Shown here: positions 1-13,000 of the stretch, piece after piece
Position numbering within the stretch: the stretch's first letter is position 1
Layout: every line of letters begins with the position of its first letter
From: Fimbriosthenelais zetlandica
Lineage: Eukaryota
Reading direction: 5' to 3'
Assembly (NCBI GenBank): GCA_977030845.1
Contig: OZ365116.1
Span: 21,080,001 to 21,144,000 of the forward strand
Length of the DNA stretch: 64,000 bases
Position numbers and translations under genes: made by a program
Notes under the pieces: generated by a model
What the model was told of the DNA's origin: nothing
Database searches by the model: none
The model's input: only the letters and a program-made list of their open reading frames with translations

Positions 1-2019
1 CATTGTAGGTCCGACATATCTATCTCTCACTTCCGTCGGGGGTCCAACATTAATGGATAACCCTAATCATGGTGTATGAGACATCTAATGGTGTATGCTT
101 ACTACACATTGTTGTTGTCGTCTTCTTGGTACAATGGATATTGGATGTATGACAAGGGCCCTAAACACGCCCCCAGGAAGATGTTGATAAAGAAAGGGCT
201 CGTCAGCAGCAACATGAGAATGTTGTCAATTGTTCACAACAGGAAATCGTTGTTCTGTGAATAGACATGCAGAATCTATTAGCTTTAGCTTTTCATCCAA
301 TAGAGAAAAGGGCAAATAGGTCAGAAAAGAGTCTCTTGGCTTTCCTCTCCTGTGAACTAAAGTCCATTCATGCTTTAAGCAATCACCTCATTGTGGCTGT
401 TCACGCAAATTGGTGAATTAAAATTAAATGTCATGAAGTACGTCAGACAAGGCAGAGAAAAGACGCGGCGTTCCGCAGAGTCCAATCATACAAAACATGA
501 GGAAATACCAATATATTTGTCTTTTTACAATCAAAACTTTTTACAACATCACAACATTTTATTTCCATGAAATAAGAAGTCATTTAAAATTAAACAATTT
601 TAATTAATTGTTCAGGGATTTAATTCCTTGAATGGCATTGGAGTAATAATGACTTGATTTTGTCTGAAGAGAGTTTGTGTGGTAGACAAGTAGAACTGTA
701 CTCGGCATTACCATTGTCTTATCATCTATCAGCGGGTTATGTAGATAAGCCTCGTGTCCAGTATGTGTGATAGATAACAACAGCATGGACCATGACATTG
801 AACTTGGGCCTTATTTCCCCCGAGATAATCATAAATGGGAGCTTTATCCTGGCTATAGTACAGTCCAAGTACAGTTACATCAGTCCACCATTCCACCCAT
901 AAGAAAAACTTGGCCTTGCATTCCAAGGCTTTTTTCCATTGAAGCTTTAAGTCTTTCTCGACTGAGATTGATCTATAAACTGTTGCTTTAAATCCTCTGC
1001 CATAATTGCTTATTAAAATGTTTAATGCAAATTAACAGGCTTTTAAAAGTTTGCTGAAACTTTGGATGGCTCCCAAACTGCAATTGATCAATTGGAAATG
1101 TGTTCAGTACATCCACTTTGCATGGGAGTAAGCCATCAGACAATCTCCCACTAACCTGCAAGCGTGTGGTGTGTGCCATTGTCAGATAACTAACGAAAGA
1201 AAAATCTCTCTTATGACTGGAACAGACTGCACGTCGGTTAGATTATAAAGTCGCAGAGATTATACTCTATTTAGGTGCTTAGTCGCTCAGATTGTGCTTG
1301 TTCAAAGGCGAGTGACCAAGGCGGATGCATCAATAAAACGTCATGAGCACTACCGCATGTATACATAAAAGCATTGGTATGTTCAGGCCATAACAAACCT
1401 AGCTAATGGTCAGTGTCCCATTTTAACAACAGCTTTTATACAATTTCATATTTTTCATTGGATTGTCCTCCTCCCAAACAATTTGTCTTTTGTTTTCTCA
1501 TTTAATTGTCTGTGGATGGAAGCAGCACTCCCCGCATACACAGTCTCCGATGTTTTTCTATAGTCCACCAAATCTGTCTCAATAGAGCCACTAAAGTAAG
1601 ACGAAGCTTCAAGGCAGTCTGGCTTGGAGGGGAAAAAGGACAATTCCTCCCAATTGGACCAATCCTAGAGGATTTAGAATATTCAGATCAGAACCTAGCC
1701 TACCAGAGTATCCCATCTAATACAGTGACTGACCCTTACTCCAAGTTCCCACAAAAGTTAGAGAAAAAAACGTTGTTACTAAGTCATTTCTTCTCCTCTG
1801 TAAAAGTTCCCTTAGAAAACTTCCTTTTGGGATTCATTAATATGTATACATGCACAGTTTTGACTTATTTGCATTGGAGATGTAATGAAAGATATTTTAT
1901 TTTTTTTCCTTGTACACTTCAGGCTGTTAGCTCTTGCAGAAATGCCAGTTTTTTTTAGTCCGTACATTGCTCAAATGTCCTGTCAATGGCTGAATCCTGT
2001 TAGTGTTGCCATAGAAATG

Positions 2020-2750
2020 AAGCTAAGCCAACAGTTGAAATCGATGTTCATGCCCGATATTTGGATTTAAATGTATGGAAGAGATATTTGTCTGTTTGCT
2101 TTGGTATTCTGCCACATGAGGCCAAGGAAATAGAGATGTTCCTGGTAGAAATTCACCACAGGCTTTAAGTCTAATTCTTGGTATTTTGAAGGCGTTCAAA
2201 AGTGATGTTTGGCCTCTCTTGGAAGGCCATATTGACCTAAGTTTCAATTTCCATTTTTCGTCATTTTACGTCGCTGTCTAAAATCCCGTGCTTTGGCCTA
2301 GCTCTGCCGCAGAATAATCATTATTTGGCTGTCTGTATGCCAGCATCTGACTTGTAATTTGCGTTGATTTTTACATGCAATTTCTCACAGCTTATGTGAC
2401 AATTATGACTAATATAAGACCTGCCAACTCTTGATGTTTCAATTGTTAAAGATTGGAAACATAATCAAATATGAGCTACACCTTTCTCCTACTAATAATT
2501 ACCACTATTTAGAAAACGTCTTTACACTTACAGTTTAGTCAAACAAACCGATAATCTCTTCTGATAGTATTTTGCAATTTTCTTGGCATGCATCGTTCTG
2601 AGTAGCCAGAGTATGGCGTCCATTCTGAATATATAGATTGCTCCAATTGAGTTTATTATTGTGAGTCTTGGAAAGTGGCGTCATCCTCCGTTTGGTTAGA
2701 TTGTCATGAGACTGATATCACTATCAGTTAATGGACTAAAGAGATTCAAA
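2020..2750 (-). pseudogene. Highly decayed non-LTR (LINE-like) reverse transcriptase, C-terminal part
   Basis: Across frameshifts and stops on the minus strand, motif-like segments occur in LINE RT order: PLNLFSPLTD (~GPLLF.I.IND), EDDATF at 2688-2671 (~YADD.T), HAKKCKIL-like, ELAG+YISHN (~KLLG+.IS.NL), then EYQSKQTNI (~E.+QKRA.RI). Each match is individually weak. Confidence 0.4.
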
Positions 2751-3720
2751 GGTAAACTTGGGATGTATGGCATGAAGTAGTCTCTGTTTGTCTTACCTTC
2801 ACGGGGGCATTATGAGATATACCAAGTACTGTTTTATTTTCTATTATCACTCATGTGTAATACACAGTGTTGATCTTATGCCTAATATATTTTATGTCCC
2901 GCCACTATATACTCCCACGCCAAAATTTCACTTTTGTAGCAAATTTTCTTGTGCATCTCTCATCTCTCTCCCTCCATCTCTCTCTCCAACTTCCCCATAC
3001 TTACATGTCCCCTCTCTTCCTATCTCTCTTTCTCCCTTGCTCTCCTCCGAAAAAAGCAAATCCCCTTATATCCTTTCATATAACTTCTCTATCCTACACT
3101 AACTCAGGGAACCTGCCTGTCAAGCCCCGACTCCCAACTGTGCACCTTATACATTGACAACTTTCACCACAGGTGGAAAAAGTCTCATAACAAATCCCCA
3201 GATGAAGTGTCTCCTGCATACTTCCTCCCATTAACACCCTCCCACAGGAACATTTGTCTAATATTTGCTTTACCTCTCCCTGCTATTTCACTGTCGCCAA
3301 ATGTTCCCGCATAAAAGCCCTTGGGAACATATCCCTGTCTAAACCAATTGTTACCAAATTGGCACCTGCTGCTAAAGGCCCATCCAACATTTCTGATCCC
3401 CATGAAGTCCTGTTTTGTCACGCTATATCCACTTTAATCACATGTTAAATGTTTTCACGTCGCATTTGGCTTTAAAACAAAGCAATGCTTGGTTTTGATG
3501 AGCTTAGTTTCTTGTCGGTATAGGCTTAGCATGGGTTTAGAGGTATTTAAAGTGTTGCTCGGCCGAGTAGCTCGGGATTATGTTTTATTGGGCTCGTTTT
3601 TCTAACGGATCGTCTTCGCCTCTGGGGGTTGTTTAAGTTGTTAGTGAGTGGAGTCTAGTGGTGTTGAATTGGAGATTGGTATTGGATACTTTATACGCCT
3701 ACTAAAAGATGGCCCGGGGT

Positions 3721-3790
3721 GGGGTCGTGTGGCTCAGGTGGCGGAGTGTGCTACTTGAATGTGAGAGGACCTGGTTCAATACCCCAAGCA
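3721..3790 (+). mobile_element. tRNA-derived SINE-like head (Pol III A and B boxes), not a functional tRNA
   Basis: A-box-like tggctcaggtgg (3730-3741) and B-box ggttcaatacc (3773-3783) with tRNA-like spacing. The D-arm (gctc/gagt) can pair, but the anticodon and T stems are degenerate. Confidence 0.6.
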
Positions 3791-3864
3791 TTCTCCAAAT
3801 TTAGTATTGTCCATCTCTGAACTGTGCTGCTAACTGGAATATAAAAACCAAGCCATTTCTCCAT

Positions 3865-4030
3865 CTGTCTATGGTGAGAAGCACACATTGCTAACTGGGT
3901 TATGAACGGTTGGCCATGTCTTTCTCCCACTGTCTATGGTGAGAAGCGAACATTCCAGACTGGGTTATGGAAGGTCAGGCATGTCTCCTACTGTCTATGG
4001 TAAGAGGCGAACATTCCAGACTGGGTTATT
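3865..4030 (+). repeat. Diverged tandem repeat, ~61-65 bp unit, ~2.7 copies, 3' of the SINE-like head
   Basis: ctgtctatggt(g/a)aga(a/g)gc...actgggttat recurs at 3865, 3930 and 3991. Confidence 0.85.
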
Positions 4031-4309
4031 TTCAGACCAGAAAATGTAGAAAGGGGAGACATTCTGAAGTTGGATAAAGCAGTGATAGATCTCAGAATCC
4101 CGTTGAAAGACTTCATATCAGTTTCATCGATAAGCGCTTGTTTGTCAAGGCTAATTGCTTCGTCTTGCTATGTTGTAATGTTGTACAATCGATTAAAAGA
4201 AAATGCCTTTCACAGGCGGAACATTATCAGCATGAATCGCATTGAGCTTAACATTTTTATCCTTTCAGTTCCTGAGTGAACATGTAACTTTCCGAGCAAC
4301 ATGCCATCA

Positions 4310-4342
4310 CCATGGCAACTTACTTCCGCTTGCATCACGTGA
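4310..4342. promoter_or_regulatory. Compact motif cluster: RFX half-site, ETS, E-box
   Basis: CCATGGCAAC (4310-4319), ACTTCCG (4322-4328) and TCACGTGA (4335-4342) within 33 bp. No associated gene identified. Confidence 0.3.
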
Positions 4343-7300
4343 TACATTTACAATGAAGCAATTATAGTTGCTCATTCAAATTACAAACTCTCTATAATCA
4401 TGTTTTGCAAGTTTCTGGTGAAGGGCGTCTGATTTCCCATGGATTAAATTATTTCCCCTCCAGTAATTCCATAATGGGTGTGAAATTGCTATGAAATGTC
4501 CTTTTGGCTCATTTGGCCGGGACTGCTTTGAATGTATTTTGGATAAATTCGACACTTAAATATATTGCTTTTGTATAAAATCGTGATAGCTTCATTTCTG
4601 AGTGGGCCTCGAGAGATCTCTATTTCGAATAAAAAAAACAGCTAGGGTCTTGTCTTAAAGAAATCGACCAAGTTTCATCCAAGGATGAGAGTGGAATGCA
4701 ACCTTCGTACAAAAACAGAACAGCATACATGGGGCTCTTCAGTGGAGAGACCATTATGTATGACCAAGTCATTGTTATAATGAACATCCTAATATACATA
4801 CCAATTGGTACCTCTCTCATCATATATGCTTATCTTATTAAGTAAATGGGATCGTGCCATATTTGGCATTCCTGACAAGCATGGCGGTGAGAACTCATTC
4901 CCGCTGTTATGATGATCTGGCTACAAGTTTTTAAGGTCACATCAAATCCTTTTTCTTTGAAATTCCCACAAAAGTCGGTGCCCTTATGCGGTTGTTCTTG
5001 TCGACCATGTGAGAGGTCGGTTAATTGGTTGGATGGGCAGGTGAACACGAGGATGTACTTTTTACTGACCCAGATAATCTTTCCATCATCCTTGTGACGT
5101 TCATCCATGTGCAAAACAACCAGTCATTTGTTTTTACATTTATTTAACATTTAATGTTTGTCTTGAAATTTCATCTTTGAGTGATTATGAGGGATTGAAT
5201 TAATCCACCGAAACTGGAGCTTGTCCTGATCAACCTCCAACCTCATTGTTTCTTCATGCACCTGTGAGAAATCATTTTCTTGGTACTGAACCATTTAGAG
5301 ATCATTTTCCCTGAAAAATTAAGTATGAATGCATGAATTAGGAGAAATTATCTGACCTAATCCATCATGGTTTGCCATGGTAATGATATATATATAGGCT
5401 AATAATTGCTGAGAAATGCAGATGCAGAATTAGTTGGCTATACATATTATACCAATTAATGATTCATGGCTTTAGTATAGCAGTGAGAAGGCCTGTTAAA
5501 TTCTACCTGTTTCCCCTATCATTCACAACTACAGCTATGTTTTTCTCCTCTCTCATTGTCTCATTACTGTAGTTGATAGGTGCGTGTAGTAGTAATCTAG
5601 CCGTTTCTCATCATACAATGCTAATATAATCACTATTTGTCAGCGTGCTATATACCACCCCATTGTCCTCCGTCATGATTTGCAGCTGGAGTTACATTAA
5701 GTTGCCATCTTTGCAGCAAGTCAGATTTAACTGCTAATTAGGCTATATGTCCTTTTAGCCATGTACTGTATTACAATGCCTCGGGCAGCGGGGTTCCTAG
5801 TATATCAGCTAGGGAATATCAGGAAAATAACCGTTCTTTGGACATGTCAAACATGAATAATTATGGAATTTTGTTTCCATAAAATGTTGGAAACAATGGA
5901 TATACTCGGCGTTTCCACTTAGGAACTAATGTGTTTCCGCTGAGGACCTCACTTGGTAGTCACTCAAAGCATGAGTTTAGGATAAAAGATAGTATTAAGT
6001 TAAAGAGTTTTGAACCCAATTGGGCCAATGTGAGTTGTACTGTATAAGGATAATGATATGAAGGAGCTAAATGCCACCTCTGCTCCATCAACGAGGAACA
6101 GACTAATGGCTCGCGTTGTGAATGTCAACTAGGCATTCAGTAGGGGAAGCTTTCTCAATCAAAAAATGAATCTAAAAAAAGTTTGACCGAAAGAAAAAAT
6201 ACTCTCCTCTCCCATTCATTGCGAATATTCAGGTTAATTACTGCACTCAGCAAGCATCAATGGTTTTAATTCTTTTTTTGTTTTCTTTAGTGTTTTTAAG
6301 TTTTCTGGTTGTGGTCGAAGCAGTACGTCACATTTGAAAGATTAATGGATAGATTTTTGAAAATCTTTGCAATCTTACGCTCATTTTGCTTAGAGGAACT
6401 TCATCGTAAACCTGAGCAAATTGGCAAGACTGAAAAAATGGGAAAACATACTGCACTTCTTAATCAGTTTTCCCAACTTCCCATAAGAAGAATTATGGGC
6501 AGTCTATGTATGCCATGTGGAAGGAGAAAGTGTACACTTTTTAGGCTACTTCTTACTCCAGACTCTTTTAGCTGTGAGTTAGCTTTCAGCCCAATAGGCC
6601 ACCCCCATCACCGTCACGGCTTTATCTCACCTTAACTGGCTCCAGTCACACTTGTCTATTGTCCATCATTTATTCACAACCTGTTACCTACAATAAGGTC
6701 AATTTATTGGCCTGTCGCTATCCACACTGCGCATGACTGCGGCTGTCTCAGCGGCCTGATGAAAAACGCCATGTTCAATGGCCTCTTCTGCTTTACTGCT
6801 ACCAAGGGCGCCACTTCTGCTTTGTCTTGGGCTCTTTCAGGCCAAAAGCAAAAATTCTCTCAATCTTGTTTACTGCCTCATAGCAATTAGTGGCTTCAAT
6901 CAATAGTTTTTCCACCGAATCCAGTGGGTAGGCCAGAGATATAAGTCTTATTATACCAATACTTTCTGCTGTATACAACTGCTTAGTAGATTTTAAGCTA
7001 AATTTGAAAATTATTTTCATTTCTTGAAAATACTTTACAATCAGTGAATTTCAGTGGAAGTCCCATTGACTCTTATATGACATTCTTTAGGTAGAACCAA
7101 ACAACGTTTTGGCTTCTCGATCTAATATTTTCTTTCGATTAATAAATTCAGATTTCTGAGAAATCCTTGATATACCTTTGGGAGATGTGGACCATTAAGG
7201 CCGGCTCCACTTGGCCTGTAATAACCGCCGGTGTTTTTAACCTACCAGTTCCTGCCCCTTTAATCTAGTGGCATGCTCTCCTGCCCTTTGCCTTGTCTGG

Positions 7301-8192
7301 ATAGCGGTTAGGTATCTTTTTATGCTCAACACATGGTATAAGTCAATGAGGGCTCGGCCGGCCCTTCTCCCACCCCACCGCCTCCTCCGCTGGTGCACGC
7401 CAAGCAGCAGTTAAACAGGTGGAAGCGATTGACGGCTGTAACAATTACTTATGTTTCTCCTCTCACCCCGAGCTGCTCTTCTCCTCAATGGCTCATCTAT
7501 AGACCTCTACACCAAGAAAAGGACCTTTCCTTCTCTCATAGAAATTTAATAGTTACCCCCACAGAAAAAAAAGGGATTTCTGAAGTGATAAAGAAGTCCT
7601 GAAACTTCATACTGGATACATATTCATTATCATTTAAGCAGTGTGAATTTATAAACCATAGAGCACAGTTTGAAACCATCTTCATGGAAAACCATCTTAA
7701 CTATAAAATATTTATTGGTCAGACTGGACTATGTTAGCCTGCTGCCCAAGTGGCCGTTATTAGATTCCAGAATTCCACTCTCCATATACATCGCCCCATA
7801 CAGAATATTTCTACTATTTATTTCCCAGATTGAGAAGGTTTGTTCTGAGACTTTCACCATATGTTGTATACATTTGAAGACAGTATGATGACTGTATTGG
7901 GAATCACCATTTTAATTTTAATTCATAATTCTTCTACCCATGCATAGGTTACATGAAGTTAAAAATCTGAAATGATTTTGGCTGAATATAAACTGTGAGT
8001 ACCGGTAACCATGCAATAATCTTTCCATTCTGCCCTACCAGTCCCTTCTTTATCATTACCTGAAGCCAATTATTTTTTTTAATATCGGTAAAAACCTTTT
8101 CCCAAATCACTGCTTCCTTTAACGACCCTCATTTCGTCCAGGACCTCGCCACTCGTTACAATCCAAGTGACATAGTAAACGGACACAAATAC

Positions 8193-8252
8193 AAAACCCA
8201 ATCAGAAAACAAAAATATAAAACCCAATCAGAAAACAAAAATATAAAACCCA
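8193..8252 (+). repeat. 26-bp tandem repeat, ~2.3 copies
   Basis: aaaacccaatcagaaaacaaaaatat x2 plus a partial copy. Confidence 0.9.
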
Positions 8253-9240
8253 TTCTGAAGCAACGATCGAGGGATTTGCTTGCTGATGAGGCATATTTAC
8301 TGGGTTAATGGAATTAGGTTTCCCAGAGCTAGAGCAGCATATTTATCCTAATGTAATTGGATTACTGATGGTCTAAATATTCCAACCTGGTTAAACAAGA
8401 CCCATCAGATGTAATCCCTTTCTCATCCTAATTAAAAAGGAACTGACCTTGATCTCACCTGCTGTATTTAGGTCCTACTTTATAGGTCAGCACTCTACTA
8501 TTGTTGGAGTATAAGCTCCGAAAACACTTCCATTTTGCTCTTGTATTTTTAAAAGTGGACTATACCTCTCGGACCAGATTTTGGCATTTCACTGTTTTAG
8601 AAAGGTACTCAGTTTGATCTGCTCTCAAGCAGTTTCCTAATGAAACAAAATAACCGCTAAAATAACCATCAACCAGTAGAATCCAAGATGGCATGTTAAA
8701 TAAGCTACAATCACCCAATCAAACATTAACAATCAGTCGGAAATGATCGGAATTCTCTTCAATTTCACTTTATGAAGAATGCACCGCCTCATATTAAAAC
8801 AAATGCATTTTTTGACTCGCTTGAATAATTGAAGCTTATTTTTTACTTCCACAATAACCGAGGAAGAGCCTGAATTCTCAACAAGCCCACCAGATGGGAC
8901 CTGACAATGTGGGTGGAGCTTGTGCAGGGAAGATTGGAAATGATTACGGACCATTTATTCCCATCTCCTGCTTGATACCTCAATGCTCAATAATCCGCAC
9001 CCCATGCTAATCACCATCTGATAGGAATAACAATGAGCAGTGTGAAACTTGATGAAACCCTTCTGCCAGCTTCAATATTGTCCACACTGACTCCTGCATG
9101 TGTTATTGGACCCATTACCAGCTCCCGACCATCATGCATGCCATTATCTTAACTCGTTATACTCTCTTGAATCCATGATTACGCTTTTATCATCTTTGAT
9201 TCAGCTTTGAGAACATCCTGCAAAAGTAGAACGGAAAACG

Positions 9241-9307
9241 CTAGCTCATATTTTCAGGAGTTTACCAATGATCCAGGGGTGGATGGTTCAATCCCCTGTC
9301 CCGACCA
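9241..9307 (+). mobile_element. Degenerate tRNA-derived SINE-like head
   Basis: tagctca (9242) and ggttcaatccc (9285-9295) at tRNA-like spacing, ending ...ccgacca. Confidence 0.4.
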
Positions 9308-9959
9308 GTCCATAGTATTTTCCCTGTCTCCTTCCTCAAGGTCTTGGATTGGCTCATGAAAAGCGCTTATCAAATGGAATGAGTGGGCTGGCCAATATCC
9401 AATATCTAAAAGCATATACCCACTAAAAATAAACCAGAATTTACCCTAAAATTGAGGAATGGTCATGAATATGTGGCCTTAGTGTATCAGCTACTTGTCA
9501 TTTGTCTATTAATCTTGTGGGAGTGTAGCTTTGGATGGCTAGCTTACCATAATAGCTATCATGAATCATTGGTGATTCTGACTCTGTAAGACTTCATTGA
9601 CATTCTGTAGGGTATATATGTAGGGAAGGCCTTTTACTCAGCTCACCCATCTGGAATTTTCTTATAACCCCCTCCAGTAAGCTCTCAATTTATCTAATAC
9701 ATACTACTAAATGACACCCCACACACTTGCATCAATTCATAGTGAAGCGTGAATATTTTTATTTTTTGTCACAAGCGATTTATTTCGAAATATACTTTAG
9801 GGACTTGTGTCACAAGGAAAGGATGGCCTTTTGGATTCGTGGAGTAACGTACATGAAGACACCCTTACCATGATTCAATTACTAGTGAGAGGCATGCAAG
9901 TTCTTGACCATGATGTCCATTAAGTACTATGATGTTCATTCCCATCAACTTCTCATAGA

Positions 9960-10098
9960 TTGATTTGTTGTGTTTTTGACCATGATGTCCATTACCTTCC
10001 ACAACTGACATTGATCTGTTGTGTTTTTGATCGTGATGTCCATTACCTTCCACAACTGACATTGATTTGTTGTGTTTTTGATCGTGATGTCCAGTACC
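9960..10098 (+). repeat. 51-bp minisatellite, ~2.7 copies
   Basis: ttgat(t/c)tgttgtgtttttga(cca/tcg)tgatgtccattaccttccacaactgaca at 9960, 10011 and 10062; a partial related copy lies at ~9901-9922. Confidence 0.9.
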
Positions 10099-13000
10099 AT
10101 CAGGGCAACACATTTTTATGACTTAAACGTTTTCACTTATATGCCACGTTTTGTAATTTCTTGCTGTATGACTTTATATTATATGTTATTATATAGTCAT
10201 ACCATATACAGTTATCATAGAGTGTATAGGGTGTGATACTGAATGATTAGCTCATTATGTCCATCTTTATCCTATATAAAGCCCTATTCACACCCACACA
10301 CCACACACCGCCTGTGTTGACAGTCCACATTGAGCCTTCACAGGCCCAGGCCATGATTGACCAGTTACCATAGCAACAACAAACTTTCCCCACTCATTTC
10401 TCACTGAATTTATGACAGGTCTCTATTGACAACGGAGGCATTTATGCATTAATGGTGGGAGGTGTAAACTGGGGCCGTATCCTGGTCACTGGCATGTGAT
10501 AGCCGGAAGGCATCGTCTGTATAATGAGCAAACCATTGAACCTCCTCTCTCACAATCAGGCACGTTCTTATACACTGTACTCTGTATAAATTACCTATAC
10601 TTCCCTCTTAATCTTGCCATATATATAAAGTGTTGATCACTTACCTATTCCAACTATTGTGGAGTTTGCCATTGTTGTTCCAGACCCAGTGATCCTAACA
10701 GAGTTATTAAAGGCCCCACAGCTGACAGTGTCAGTCCTCCTGACATTGGCTGTTTATGTTCAATCAGTCATATAAACCATCTAAATATTGTGGACATGTG
10801 TGCCAAGTTAGAGACCATATACACATGTGTGTAGATGAAGTATCTTCGTATAAAATTATGTATAAACTGTAGGTTTTTAAGTGGCTTCATGCACCCAAAT
10901 ACAAGCCTTCTATATAGCTGTAAACATGAAGCCACATGAATAGACTTCAGATGTGGCTTCTGGCTGAAAGTCTTAAAAAAATCCCACGTACACACATGTA
11001 TATAGTTATGTATTGTATTGAATTTAAAGCATAAGGCCCCTTTAATATAATTAAATCTCAAATGGAAATCAAGGACAAAATGAGTCCTGTTTAATTTCCA
11101 TGAAAATCTTTTCCACTCATTTAATTTTGATCAAATCAAGAGGACACTAGGAAGAGGATAGGAGTAATCCCTCAGCGGGCCTGAGCAGATGTTAGTGAGA
11201 CTCGCTGGCAGATTATCTCTGGAATTAGTTATAAAACCCGCCATTTATTGCATCAATGTTTTAGTGAGCACACTCTCATTGCAATTTTAGAAGGTCATCT
11301 TCAGCTTATACTAATTCATTTGCCAGGCTTTGACAGTACCCCAGACAATGCGAATGAAAAAATGCATCTTCATTGTACCACCCTATAAGTCCCCAAGACA
11401 TTAATCTATTTCTATAGTGACTATACCCCAGGCTGCCTGAAAGAGGAGAAGCCTTCATGCTTTAAAGACTGAAGGAGGAAGGGACGGGGAACGGACGAGG
11501 TATTGAATCAATGGGAGGGATTTAATTGGGAATAAAACACCCGTCACTGGAGTTAGAATCAAACCCAAGGGATACCATTCAACTCTATAGGGGGAGGGGG
11601 AGTGTGCTAGGTTTCCTTCCCCTTCCTTCCTGGAAATGTAAGGTCTCATTTCAATTGATTTATTTAAATGCATTGATTAGGGTTGGGGCCCGCCGTACCC
11701 CCCCTCATCACTCTGTGGACAAGCTGCCACACCCTCTGTGGGGTTTTCCCTCCAGCATTGCTGGCATTCAATTGAGATCTGCTAGTAATTGTATCTGCTT
11801 GTGTTTTGTCTTTCACTGATTGAAACAGACTATTCTTCAATTGTGGTGTTGGGTGAAGTTGGGTAAATAGAATTGCCCCTTTGTTGTGGCACTTCAAAGG
11901 GAATGAGAATTTGTATTGAATGTGGGTTTTTCAGTTCGTTAGATATTGAGGCTTGATTCCAAGTCCCACCTATAGCTCACAACAGGCTATACTGGTGATA
12001 ATGATATAGCATCATAAAGGCTTACAACAAGATACATCTACAGATTATATAGGCTGACAATAACATCTCTATTATGGAGTTTATTATGGAGTTTATCTCC
12101 TCCTGAGTCCCCTGAGTTATAGCATTATTGACCACAACAAGATGATCATTGATAATGATATTGATATTTTCAAATCTCGCCCTCCCCTCTCCCCACTCTC
12201 ATTCTCTCTGTCGTTGTCTCCTCTCTCACCCTACTCTGTATTCTCCCTCCTTCTATTTCTATCTCTCTCCGAGCAGGTTGAATATTAAATATTCCACACA
12301 GAGTGCATCACTTCATGATGGCATATTATCTTTTTTACTTGCTTTAATATATATGCTAATATGGCCAATTGAAGCTTTATCAGAACAGAAACATGCGGTT
12401 ATCTTTTTATTCTAAGTATTAGTTAAACAGCTTGAATTGACAACCAGGTTGTCTCCCTACATGACACGTAGTCGTGCCATATGATCGGGAGACATTACCC
12501 GACCTTCAGATTACATTGAGGGCATAATTATCCCCTCGTTGACCGTATTTTTAGGAAGAAATCTAACTCCAAATTGGCTTCGTGTATTTTCCATATAATC
12601 CGGGCATATAATATTCTGACATGTCCGCATCCTGAATCCAGCCAAAAAGTAGATTACTCCTTTCACTTCTAATATAATCCTTTATATTTCGGCTCTAGAA
12701 ATAAGACCTACCGTGCGTTGCATAATATAGTTGTATCTCTCATAAACTGTACAAACAGATCTTTCAGTTAATTTATGTTGAACCCTCACAGACATTTGGA
12801 CCGTCAGTTCAGTGAAGAAAAGGTCATTTCCAGAGAAGTGACAGTTTTCGCATACACGGGGTTCATAGAGTAACAGGTCCATAGAGGACTACATGACAAT
12901 AAGGCGGTGATTACTGGGATGATAGTCAATGAGGGCGCTATTAGCAAGGTGCTGTTAATCACTGCTACAGACATCAGCCAATCACAACCTGCTAATTGTC

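Noticed and set aside
4830-5115. Gypsy RT-like fragments (DKNNRIR...TAM...IPF) on the minus strand
   Set aside because: Motif spacing is about half of that expected and key residues are absent.
6291-6635. Strong plus-strand acceptor at 6290 plus a 108-aa ORF, or hAT transposase-like WS..Y..+ER motif
   Set aside because: In-frame stop right after the acceptor, only a mediocre donor, and a single weak motif.
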